64,000 nucleotides of DNA from the human T2T-CHM13v2.0 reference genome, Homo sapiens. Below the pieces are notes generated by a model. The model had not been told where the DNA came from and made no database searches. It saw nothing but the letters and a program-made list of their open reading frames with translations. How positions within the stretch are numbered: position 1 is the first letter of the stretch; every line of letters starts with the position of its first letter. The translations under genes and the position numbers were made by a program. Positions 28,409 to 41,200 of this stretch are shown here, piece after piece. The stretch is taken from NCBI RefSeq assembly GCF_009914755.1, contig NC_060936.1, one strand, 5' to 3'.

Positions 28409-28765
28409 TACAGCAGCATTTTTATGTTTACTGTTTGCATGTTACTTTTTTCAGCTTTTTACTTTCAATCTGTGTCTTTATATTTAAAGTGAATCCGCAA
28501 GAGAAAAAAAATCATATTTCTTGATTTGTTGCTGTGTTATCCCATCTGATAATCTCTACATTTTGGTCGGAGTTTTTAGACCATTTATAGTTAATATAAG
28601 TATTGATAGGATTGTGTTTAGGTCTGCTATTTTGCTATTTGTTTTCTATTCATTTCATCTGTTTTCTTTTTTTGTTGGTTTCTGTGTACCTTCTTTCCTG
28701 CTTTATTTTGTATCAGTTTTTTTTAAAGCATTCTGTCTTAATTCCTCTGTTAGCTTTTTAGCGCG

Positions 28766-28827
<62 letters not shown>
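28766..28827. repeat. (CT)n(GT)n microsatellite
   Basis: About 24 perfect TG units, directly visible. Confidence 0.97.
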
Positions 28828-28830
<3 letters not shown>

Positions 28831-29704
28831 AGGGGTTGTTCTAGAGTTTACAGTATGTATCTAATCTTAATTATAGGAACCTTGCAATTTTATGTGTACA
28901 TTTACCTCCTTAATGAAGTTGCTTTCCTTAAATATGACGTTCATGTTTTCACATATATTGTGGTCTTGTTTGCACATATATTACATTGTTTTTAATCTTC
29001 ATGTTGTAGATCTCTAAATATATTGTTTTTAATTTTTGCCTTATAGAATTTTAAAGAAATTAAGAACAGAAAATAGATATAGTCTTTAATATTTATCCTT
29101 ATGTTTACCTTTTCTGGTCCTCTTCTTCCTATGATCCAAGTTGGTATTTCCTTTCAAACTGAAGAATGTCCTTAAGCTCATCTTTACAGTGTAGATCTGC
29201 TAGTGATACATTCTCTTGGTTTTTTAGTATCTAAAAAATGTACTTTTGTATCTTTTGTCTCCTTTTTTCAAGGAGAGCATCATTGGATATAGAATTCTTA
29301 AAGGGTTTTTTTTTTTTAAATTATCGGCACTTTGAATATGTTGTTCCAGTGTCTTCTTGCTTCCATAGTTTCTGACCAATAGTCAGCAGTTACTCTTTGC
29401 TCCTGTATAACGTATAATTTGTTCTGTTTATTTTCAAAATTTTTCATTATTGGTTTTCAGTATTTGAACTATGATGTGTATAGTTATGATTTCTTAGTGT
29501 TTCTTCTGCTTGAGGTTCGTTGAACCTCTTGGATTTGTAAACTAATGTTTTCCACCAAATTTGGGAAGTTTTTGGTTATTATTCAATTTTTTCTTTAGAT
29601 CTTTGTTTCTTCTCATTTAGGGTTTTGCTGAACTGTTTCTTATTGCACAAGTTTCAGGCGTTTTTCATATTTTCTTCTGTTTTTCTTTGTGTCCTATGGA
29701 CTAG

Positions 29705-30195
<491 letters not shown>

Positions 30196-31387
30196 TTTAA
30201 ACATATTTTTAATAGCTACTTTCGAGTCTTTATCTGCTGGATGTAATATCTGGCTCTGCTTAGAGTCAGTTTGTATTGACTTATTTTTTCGTCCTAAGTT
30301 AGTTCCACTTTTCAAAGCTGGACCTTAATGATAATATGTTGTAGTGAAAGATTATTTTACATTTGTTGATGATTTTTGGGATCTTTTAGTTTGGGATTTT
30401 ATAGATTTTTGGTGTTTGTAAATAACCCATTTTCTGTGAAATCATTATTGTAGAAAGATTTATAAGAATGAGAATTGCATTATTGTCTTGGGATTGGGCC
30501 TGGATATTATAAAGTCAAGGCATTATTTTCTTTAATTTCTCAACTTGAGTATCGCAGATGAAAACCTTTATCATTTGGAATTGATCTCAGTATAATATAT
30601 CAAAGTAAATTGTGATTATCAGTTATTAAGCAGTTGCCATGTATCATATATGGTGTTAAGCACCTTATATACACATTTGGATTAATCCTCACAATAGCCT
30701 CAATATTCAAATATTGGAAATTGAGATAATTACCCATCTGAATCAGGTAGCTAATAAGTTAGAACTGTAAGACACACTGACTTCAGAGTCCTGGCTCTTT
30801 AGGTTTATGTCGTCTTACCTTCCTTTTTGGTTGCTGTCATGTGGTTTTAAAGGTTTTTCTTATAATCCTAATATTTCTCATGATTTTGGATGATGGGTTA
30901 CTGGTCAGCTTGGATGTGCAGTTAATAGCATAGCATACCATATGATTTCATAGTATACCATACCATTTTTTTAGGGCAAAAATTTAGATTATTTTCTATA
31001 ACCCAATTTTAGCTTTAATGATTGCCTTTGGTGTTGTGGTAGATTAATATTGATAATTTAGAGTAGTATTGATCAACATTTTAAATGTCACAAAATGAAT
31101 AGTGTTTGTGTTTAATCTTATTTGCTCTATGCAACAGATAGCTTAGTTTTTTTAAGAAAACGTCTTGAATTTCTTTTGAAAATTATATTTCATATAGTAG
31201 ATGTTTAACACATGAGTATCCTGGGACATTTGTCTGACAAACTCTCTTTATTCAGGTACAGCCATTTAGGGGTCCAGATTGAACCAGGTTACTCATTAGT
31301 CTCATTTTACCTCACTTATCATCTCATTTTTTAACACGTATATCTGCCAGAGTTTTCTTTGTAAAATGTAGAAGTTTTGTTTTTCAG

Positions 31388-31466
31388 TGTGGAAAAGCCA
31401 CTGGCAGTGATTCAAGTGGTGTCATTGATCTCACAATGGATGATGAAGAGAGTGGAGCTTCACAAG
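31388..31466 (+). CDS. ATF7IP: ATF7IP exon encoding the SUMO-interacting motif (CGKATGSDSSGVIDLTMDDEESGASQ)
   Basis: ttttcAG acceptor, AAG|GTAC donor, 79 nt; VIDLT followed by an acidic tract is a canonical SIM. Confidence 0.94.
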
Positions 31467-31624
31467 GTACTTCAATAGTAATTGTACTAAGCAACGTTTT
31501 GATACCATTTTTTTTGTCTTAATACGGTACAGTATTCTACAAAGACAGATGTTTATGGCATTATGCTTGGTTTATTTGTGTTCTTTTTGGAATGGAAGTT
31601 TTTTAGATTAGAATTTTAAAATTT

Positions 31625-31939
<315 letters not shown>

Positions 31940-32264
31940 TCAAATCTTAAATGAGTATGAACAATGTGTAGAGGAAAACAGCAATTAAGAGAATATTGTA
32001 ATTTTTGGAGTACCTCTGTTTTTGTATCTGTTATTTCACTTGATCCTTGCAAAAAAATCCTGTAATACTCATTTTAGACTTGAGGAAACTTGTTAGCCTT
32101 AGAGAAAACAATTCAGACTCAGTAAGGGTCTTGGGAGTAAAATCCAGCTCTTCTGTCTCTACATTAAATGTTCTTTTTCTCTCTCTGTTTATGTTTCAGT
32201 GTAGATACTGTATATATATGTATTCATTTAATTTTGGTCATTTGAATTAATTTCTTTTATCTAG

Positions 32265-32644
32265 CATTATATAAATAAAAATAGAAGTAATTTCTAAAAA
32301 CGTTCACATCCAAAATAATAATGTTCTGAGTTATAATATTTAGAAACTGTAAACCATATTCCTAGTTATTCTGCAGTGTTAATAGGTGTTTCATGAATAT
32401 AAAGTTCCATGGTTAAGTATGTTTGGAAAATGCTGAGTTTAAAGTTAAATTGATTTTTTTCTTAATGCAGACTTCTCTGAGCCTTTACTATGCTAATTTA
32501 TAATGTAAATCTCCAAGAATGATTTAAGATATAAAGTATTTCTCAAACTTACTTGGCTGTGCAAAATAACGTTCAGCTACATATCTATAAAACTGGTGAT
32601 TATTGCACATGGAAAATATAATATCATGTGCTGAGTTACTTCTT
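32265..32644 (+). repeat. ~380-bp direct repeat, copy 1
   Basis: Highly similar to 34195-34574 (offset about 1930). Confidence 0.93.
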
Positions 32645-33812
32645 ATTATCTTAAAGACATTACTTTTTTCTAAAACACCCAAATATTTTAAAAATAATAT
32701 TTTGGGGAATCAGTCTAGTTGAGCTTTGGAAAACAAAAGTTAAATAGCTGTACAACTGATTATATGACAGTAAAGTCGGTTTTGTTATTTAAAACTGAAT
32801 TGAGAAATGTATGCCATCCTTCATCCGGGTTGAACTCAAGCCAGTATGATTATTCTTTAAAAGTTTCAAATTATCTCTATTGCTTTCACTTATCTCTATT
32901 GCTTTCACTAATTTTTAATAGACAGCCATGACTATTATAATGGATCCCTAAAGAAAAAAATAAATACAGGTTTTTGAGAGGACACAGGTAGGCTTAATTC
33001 TGGATTAAAAAGTAAAGTCCTAAAAGTTTGTTTTCAGTGCTCTCACCATTTCCCTAGCATCCATGCCTCATGGGGTCTTTTTGTTGCCCCACCTTTGGGT
33101 CTGTCTCAAATTCTCACATTCCTAAAGCACACTGTTTTCCAATGGCATTAAAGTATCCATTGTTAAAGCCTTGGGTTTTATTTACATTTAGTGTGGAATT
33201 CTATAGGACAGAAATTGATGGGGATTATTTTGGATAGAAGGACTTTTGGGTCACAATCTTCATAGTGGTTTCCTGTTTTTAAGAGTTTTTTCTGAGATGC
33301 AAATATTTATTTCATAGGCTATTGAAGACCTTTTTTGAGATTAGTCATTCTTTGACTATTTTAAAGACTATATAGTGATGATAAGCAACTATCTGTTATC
33401 AAAGAACCTAAATAATTGTAGTAATTGAAATTCAAGATCACAGTGAAAACTCATCAGTTTATAGATATTTGTCTAGAAGAGTGTTCTTCCTATAGGTAGG
33501 TAGATTATATATTTATGCAAGTAATGAGTTATTCTAGTTGACATATTGTACTGATTTACAAGTAAGATTATTTCTGAATTTCTGTAAACGTGAATTTGAA
33601 TCTGTGATAGAACCACCAGCAAATTACATATGCTCTTAACTCAGTTTTCAAATCAGCAAAAATACACGTAAGTAAAATGGAAATAAATTATTCTCTTAGA
33701 GGTAAATGTGACACACAAGTGGCAAGCAAAAGTAAAATTTGTCCATAGAGGAAAGACTTGTATTTCCTGATTTTTTTCTTGTCAGTCATAATATTTCACT
33801 TTTAACTAACAG

Positions 33813-33968
33813 ACCCCAAAAAACTAAATCACACTCCTGTATCAACCATGAGTTCTTCTCAGCCTGTGTCACGACCATTGCAACCCATACAACCAGCACC
33901 GCCTCTTCAACCATCTGGGGTGCCAACAAGTGGACCATCTCAGACCACCATACACTTACTACCTACAG
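33813..33968 (+). CDS. ATF7IP: ATF7IP exon (DPKKLNHTPVSTM...TTIHLLPT)
   Basis: actaacAG acceptor, CAG|GTAAAT donor, 156 nt, phase 1-1, open in the spliced frame. Confidence 0.93.
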
Positions 33969-34194
33969 GTAAATTTGTTGAATCATTGAGTAGAAGCTTT
34001 GGTTTTGCCTGTAGAGAACTATGACTATGGAGTTAAGTGGAAAGATAAGACAGAAAATTAATATTCATCTTGTTAATTTGAGGACTACAGTGCATGTCCT
34101 TTTGAAGGCAGTATAACTTAGTTTTTCTGACTGTCTTAAGCAGCGGCACTGGTAAAGAATGATTTTAAAGAAAAGTATATATTTATTTACTTAA

Positions 34195-34633
34195 CATTAT
34201 ATAAATAAAAGTGGAGGTAATTTTAAAAAGCATTCACATCCAAAATAATAATATTCTGAGTTATAATATTTAGAAACTGTAAACCATATTCCTAGTTATT
34301 CTGCAGTGTTAACAGGTGTTTCATGAATACAAAGTTCCATGGTTAAATATGCTTGGGAAATGCTGAGTTTAAAGCTAAATTGATTTTTTTCTTGATGCAG
34401 ACTTCTCTGAGCCTTTACTATGCTAATTTATAATGTAAATCTCCAAGAATGATTTAAGATATAAAGTGTTTCTCAAAGTTACTTGGCTGCGCAAAATAAT
34501 GTTCACCTAATATCTATAAAACTCTGGTGATTACTAATGCATGTGGAAAATAATACTATTCTGAGTTATATTCTTGAGACCAGCCTGGGCAACACAGTGA
34601 AACCCCGTCTCTACAAAAAATTTAAAAATTAGC
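34195..34633 (+). repeat. ~380-bp direct repeat, copy 2, plus ~60-bp Alu fragment
   Basis: Copy of 32265-32644 followed by TTGAGACCAGCC...AAAATTTAAAAATTAGC resembling 31707-31765. Confidence 0.9.
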
Positions 34634-36498
34634 AGATTTGTCATCTGCCACAGCAAATGTTCTGTAAATGGCAGAAATGACTGTAGTTTCTCTGGAAGGG
34701 ATGGATATGACTTATTCTGAGTGTAACCAAGAAGTTATAACTGACTGATCAAACAACAATTTTTAAATGTGTCTTATCTTGAAATAGCTTTAACTAGTCT
34801 AACACTACCACCAGGAATTATATGCTTGCTACCTTTCAAGAAGCTGTAAATTCAAAATTTTCAAGATTTAGCCTGTATCTCCTAAACTGTTCAGAAACCA
34901 ATCAACATGGTTTGTCTTCTGTATAGCAGCAGTCCATTGCTTGAAGATTTATCTGCACAGTACTTATATAAGTACTCTTCTCATTAAGGAAAACATTGAA
35001 TTTAAGTGGGGTTTTATCCAGTGAAATTTATACTTAAAACACCAGATATCTTGTAGGAATCAGGATATTTTCCATAGTGATTTAGCAAACTATTTGTTAA
35101 TTAACCTTTGAGTTATGAAATTATTGTTGATGCAGCAAATGTGTGGTTGTTTTGGTAGGGACTGTTTAGATTTGTTGAATTTCAGAATCTTAGATGCTTA
35201 TGCAGACTTTCCTATCAGTTAAAATAAATTTTACCTTGTTGGCATTTCCAGGCAAAAGAATGTGCCTATGTGACTTTATTTCTGGTGTGTAGATTTTATA
35301 TTGGTTCTCATATTTCAATACCATTGTTCTATCTAAATAGGCAGTTATAAGTAAGTTCAACCTTGGGAGCTGTATTATCTGTCTTTCTTTACATTTATAC
35401 AAAGTTATAATGACAGTCATCAAAATTAGATATTTTGGAAGGAAATGTCATTATTCAAACCCATGGGCAGTGTAGATTATGGAATGGGGAGTAAAGAGAT
35501 GAAAAAATAAATGTTCTTTCTTGTTAATACTTTCTTCTTTCTTCCCGTTTCTGAAGACTCACATCGAAAGTTAGTATCTGTAAAGACTGAAGAGTCTTTA
35601 GTAAAGAAACCGTTTTATCTTTGTTATAGCCAGTATTTTCCTCCAACTTTATTTTTTTATAGGACCCATTTTTTCCATAAGAAAGTAGATTGATTTGTTA
35701 CTTTTTATTATATAGTTACTATGTGGTCATTTGTAAGATATGATTCTAATTCAGAGAGTTGTTAACAAGAAAGTGTCACTAAAAGTCATTATTATAGATA
35801 CATGCTGTCAGTGAATGTTTATGACTCATTTTTTGATAAATATTTATTAACATTACTCAAAGTATTAATGCTTTCTGGAACATACAATAGGAGGAATACC
35901 AGAGTAGAGAAGGGAGAAGTCTGTTGTTTAATGGATTTTATTTACTGTTTTAAAAAAAGATAGATTGGTTCAGCTAAACAAAATGTGAATTATAATGGTC
36001 AAAGAGATAGGTTGGCTCACTTGAAAAATAAATGTGAATTAACAATAGCTGGTCAGTTTCTTGATCTTTGGGAATACAAAAATACTCTTTTGGATTTACA
36101 CCCCCTTGGTAGAAGGCCGAGAGGGCTTATGATTCTACTTTGCTAAGAACAATTAAAATTAGGAGGTTTTTCTCTTTTAAGTCACTCCTGTGGCATCATA
36201 CTCTTAATTCTGCACCTTTTTAAAAAATCTTCACATTGCTTATTATCTGGTCAAACCAGAGTGGGAAGGGAATTGGATGTGGTGGAGATGTTCTTTTCCT
36301 CTGAAGCTTGGATTTTAATATTATTAATGTTTATTGGCCCTATCATTTTTATCTTAGAAGATCATAAAAGGAGACTGTTATTTCTGTTTCTGTCTTTATT
36401 AGTTAATTAGATTTTATGCAAAGATAACTGCCATTTAATACTGTTTGCTTAACGTAGAATTTACTGTATTCTTAATATCTTTTTCTGCCTTGCATTAG

Positions 36499-36681
36499 CT
36501 CCAACTACCGTGAATGTAACACATCGTCCAGTAACTCAGGTGACCACAAGACTCCCTGTACCAAGAGCTCCTGCAAACCACCAGGTGGTTTATACAACTC
36601 TTCCTGCACCACCAGCTCAGGCTCCCTTGCGAGGAACTGTTATGCAGGCTCCTGCTGTTCGGCAGGTCAATCCCCAAAATA
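36499..36681 (+). CDS. ATF7IP: ATF7IP exon (APTTVNVTHRPV...RQVNPQN-S); can read through to an alternative stop at 36720-36722
   Basis: cattAG acceptor, ATA|GTAAGA donor, 183 nt, phase 1-1; matches ORF 36510-36722. Confidence 0.94.
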
Positions 36682-36807
36682 GTAAGAGATTTTTCTTGTA
36701 TATGGCCCCAAGATACATGTAGTTCTCTTCAGCATTTAGTTGGAATGGCATATAATAATGTTAAATTTTGCAAAAATTTCTTATAATGTCATATTAAAAG
36801 TATTGTT

Positions 36808-37060
36808 ATAAGTTCAAGAGATCTGTACTACAACATAGAAACTATAGTATAGTTAAAATCAATGTAGTATATTCTTGAAAATAGCTGATAGAGCAGATTT
36901 TAAGTATTGTCACCACACACAAAAAAGGTAAGTATGTGAGATCATGCATATGTCAGTTAGCTAGATTTAGCCATTCTGCAGTGTATGCATATTTCAAACA
37001 TGTTGTATACCATAAATATATATAATTTTTGTCAATTAAAAAATAGTTTTCAAAAAAGAA
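36808..37060 (+). mobile_element. L1MA-type 3' end in sense orientation, with ATTAAA at 37035-40
   Basis: ATAAGTTCAAGAGATCT...GATTTAGCCATTC...CATAAATATATATAATTTTTGTCAATTAAAAAA resembles the L1MA8/9 3' terminus. Confidence 0.8.
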
Positions 37061-37479
37061 ATGGCAGTATAACCAAAACTAATCTATTATTATTTTTCTT
37101 CCCTTAGGAGAGTTAAACAGAGAAAATTGTTGATGTATACTAGTTGATTTGTGCTCTGAGTGTTGTCTTTAATTTAACTTTATTTATGGCCTGTATTAGT
37201 ATAGTACACAATTTGATATTGGTATATTCTCTACTCTATTAAGAAACACCTTACCTAGTTAGAGTGGGAATGGTCAATTGTGATTTACCCCAGATGATGG
37301 AAATCATGGTAAAGGATAGCCTTCAATGAGAGTCTTAAAGATATGGAAAGTGGCTGAGAAAAGAAGGGAAAATGTTAAAGAAAGCTTGTAGTTTCTTGTA
37401 TATATCATATATTAGTTACATACATATGTTACATATATGTTACATGCATGTTACATATGTAGATGACATTTTAAAATTA

Positions 37480-37770
37480 TATATTAACCACATGTATATA
37501 AGCAGTAGTAGAATATATCACATAAACACAAGCTTATATAAAAGGTATATTTAAACTTTAAAGTAAAGAAAAATAATAAAATGAACTACGTATGAACTCT
37601 TCATCAGGTTAAGAAGTAGAAATTTTTCAGTATCCTGTAAGTGGTCTTGTATTCCTGTCTTGACTACATCCCTTTTCCTTTCCATCAAAGGTAACCACTG
37701 TTCCTACTTTTCTATTAGTCATTCTGCTTTTCTTTATGATTTTGCCACCAAAATTGATATCATTTAAACA
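37480..37770 (-). mobile_element. Old L1ME-like 3' fragment; target of the HERV-L insertion, continues at 50816-50833
   Basis: AGGTAACCACTGTTCC...TAAACA|TATGTTGTAGTTTTGC resembles the remembered antisense L1ME 3' end. Confidence 0.6.
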
Positions 37771-38273
37771 TACTAGGGTTCTCTAGAGGACAGAACTAAC
37801 AGGATAAATAGATATATAAAGGGGAGTTTACTAAGTATTAACTTACATGATCACAAGGTCCCTCAATAGGCTGTCTGCAAGCTGAGCAAGGAAAGCCAGA
37901 CTGAATCCCCAAACTGAAGAATTTGGAGTCCAGTGTCGAAGGGCAGGAAGCATCCAGCACAGGAGAAAGATGTAGGCTGGAAGGCTAGCCAGTCTCTCCA
38001 TTTCATGTTTTTCTGCCTGCTTTGTATTCATTGACAGCTGATTAGATTGTGCCCACCAGATTAAAGGTGGATCTGCCTTCTCCAGCCCATTTTCTGCCTG
38101 CTTTGTATTCATTGATAGCTGATTAGATTGTGCACACCAGATTAAAGGTGGATCTGCCTTCCCCAGCCCACTGACTCAAATGTTAATCTCTTTTGGCAAC
38201 ACCCTAACAGACACACCCAGGATCACTATTTTGTATCCTTCAATCAAGTTGACATTCAGTGTTAACCATCACA
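37769..38273 (-). mobile_element. MLT2A1-type LTR A (3' LTR) with internal 81-bp tandem duplication
   Basis: Minus strand begins TGTGATGGTTAA and ends AGAGAACCCTAGTA; polypurine-tract-like GGGGTGGACT adjacent. Confidence 0.88.
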
Positions 38274-41200
38274 AGTCCACCCCTTGTCAACTTGAATCCA
38301 TACACATCTCCTCAGATCATACATATTCTTCAAATAAAGAGAGTAATAAGGCCATAATTAAACCTAACATAATACAACTATCCTTTGTACAACCGGAAAC
38401 ACACCAATCCCCAAGCCAAATACTATTACATAAAGTTAACAATACTTAAATGTTGGTAGGAAGTCAATAAATCTTATGTTACGTGATGAAGGAAAAGGAA
38501 ATAAAGATATTTTCTTGTACAAGTGTATACATGCACAAACATGTTTTTAGCAAAAGAAGGAGGAAATACTCATGACAATTACAGTCTCTGAGTTGGCAAC
38601 TGGTCACATGGTCCTGGCTGGTATTGATGACTACCTTCTTCTACTACCCATTCTGTGTTCTCTTTGCCTTCAGCAAGCACCTCAGCTGGTCGTGGTTTAT
38701 TCCTGGTGGAATGACCCAAACCTTCATTCTTGAGTATTTTTATTGCTGCCTAAATTGAGCTATTATAGTTTCCTATTGGCCTTAATCACAGGGCATGGTA
38801 ATACTAAGAGACACCCTAATGGATCTCCTGTATTCCATGCATACTCTTCCTTACCTCCGTTGTGGAGCAGTAGACTAACTTCTTCTTGGTAGTCCGGGAC
38901 AGTCACCACAACCAACACTAACTCCTTCGCTAGCCTGTTGACTTAAAGGTAAGAGGAGCCCAAAGTGTCCAGGTGGCAATCTTAAGTTCCAGTTTAATGG
39001 AATCATTTTGTCTCCTGGTGGGAGCGTTCCTCCCTCTGGAACTAAGACCTCTAGGCCAGCAGAAAGTAATGTCGCAGGAACAGGAAGCAAAAATTTTGCT
39101 AGTGGATCCCTAGGGGTGAAGGTGAGTGGTGCTACTTCCACTTCCACCCCCTGATTCCTGGACCCATGAATCCTGGCTATGGGAGAAACAGCACCATATA
39201 TAATGGATGCTGATTCAGAGCATACACGGCCTTCTGGAGAACTTTGCCCCAGCCCTGCAAAATACTGTCACCTGGTTGGGGTTGTAATTGTGACTTCAAA
39301 AGGCCATTCCTTTTGAATGCTTCAGGACAAAGGGGAACATGGTAAGACCAGTGGATTCCATGAGAACGAGCCCACTGCTGCACTCCTTTAGCCATAAAAT
39401 GAGTGCTTTGGTCAGAGGCAGTGCTGTGTGGAATGCCATGACGGTGGATAAGGCATTCTGTGAGTCCATGGATAATAGTCTTGGCAGAAGCATTGTGTGC
39501 AGCATAGGCAAACCCATATCTGGAGTAAGTGTCTATTCCAGGGAGGACAAACCTCTTCCCTTTCCATGATGGAAGAGGTCCAGTATAATCAACCTGCCAA
39601 CCGGTAGCTAGCTGATCACCCCGAGGAATGGCGTGCTGTATCGAGGGCTCAGTGTTGGTCTCTGCTGCTGGCAAATTGGGCACTCAGCAATGGCCATAGT
39701 CAGGTCAGCCTTGGTAAGTGGAAGTCCATGTTGCTGAGCCCAGGCATCACCTCCATCACTGCCACCATGGCTACCTTGTTCATGGGCCCTTTGGGTGATG
39801 ACAGGGGTGGCTGGGGAAAGAGGCTGAGTGGTGTCCACAGAACAGGTCATCCTATCCACTGGATTATTAATATCCTCCTCTGCTGAGGTCACCCGTTGGT
39901 GAGCACTCACAAGGGATACAAATATCTTCATAGTTTTTGTTACAACCCATAAATATATATAATCATGCATCTGGCCATCTACCCTTCCAAGCAAAGTGCA
40001 CAACTAGGTGTGCTGCTTGAAGTTCTGCCAACTGGGAAGATTTCCCTTCACCGATGTCCTTCAGGGATGTCCTAGAAAGGGGCTGTAGTGCTGCAGCTGT
40101 GCACTTTACAGTGGTGCCTGCATATGGTGCAGAACCATCTGTGAACCAGGCCCTAGTCATCTGTTCCGCTGTCAAGTGATCATAGGGACCCCTGTGAGGC
40201 CATCAGTACAGGCTGGGGAAGAGAACGCAGGGTGACAGGAGTGGAGATATGGGCATTTGAGCCACTTCCTCATGTAAATTACTTGTGCCTTCGGAACCTG
40301 CTTGAGCCCAATCACGTATATACTGCTTCCATTTGATGATGGAATGCTGCTGTGCATGACCCACTTTATGGCTAAATGGGTCAGAAAGCACCCAGTTCAT
40401 GATAGTCATCTCAGGTCACATGGTGACTTGATGACCCATAGTCAAATGTTCAGTTTCCACCAAAGCCCAGTTAACAGGCCAAGAGCTGTCTCTCAAAAGG
40501 AGAGTAGTTACCTGCAAAAGATGGCAGGGCCTTGCTCCAAAATCCTGGAGGCCTCCACTGTGATTCATCTATGGGGTCCTGCCAAAGGCTCTCACAGCAT
40601 CCCTCTCTGCCCCTCACACCTCAAGCACCATTGAATCTGCTGGGTCCTATGGTCCAAGTGGCAGAACAGCTTGCTCAGTAGCATGGACCTGTTGCAGAGC
40701 CTTCTCCTGTTCTGGACCGCACTCAAAACTGGCAGCCTTTCAGGTCACTCGATAAATGGGCTGGAGTAACACACCCACATGAGGAATGTGTTGTCTCCAA
40801 AATCTAAATCGGCCCACTAGATGTTGTGCCTCTTTCTTGGTTGTAGGAAGGGCCAGATGCAGCAACTAGTCTTTCACCTTAGAAGGCCCCACACCACTGG
40901 ACCCTAGAAATTTTACTGAGGTAGAAGGTCCCTGCATTTAGTAGGATTTATTTCCCATCCTATGGCACACAAATGTCTCATCAGTAAGTTCAGTGTTTTT
41001 GCTACTTCTTGCTCACTTGATCCAATCAGAATAGTGTCATCAGTGTAATGGACCAGTGTGATATCTTCCAGGAGCAAAAACCGATCAAGGTCTCTCTGAA
41101 TAAGATTATGACACAAAGCTGGAGAGTTGATACACCCCTGAGGTAAGACAGTAAAGGTATATTGCTGTCTTTGCCCACTGAAGGCAAATTGCTTCTGGTG

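Noticed and set aside
32871-32908. 19-bp tandem duplicate; similar short repeats near 6169-6200, 12484-12505 and 37424-37460
   Set aside because: Ordinary slippage repeats without unique spacers; not CRISPR-like, and no function evident
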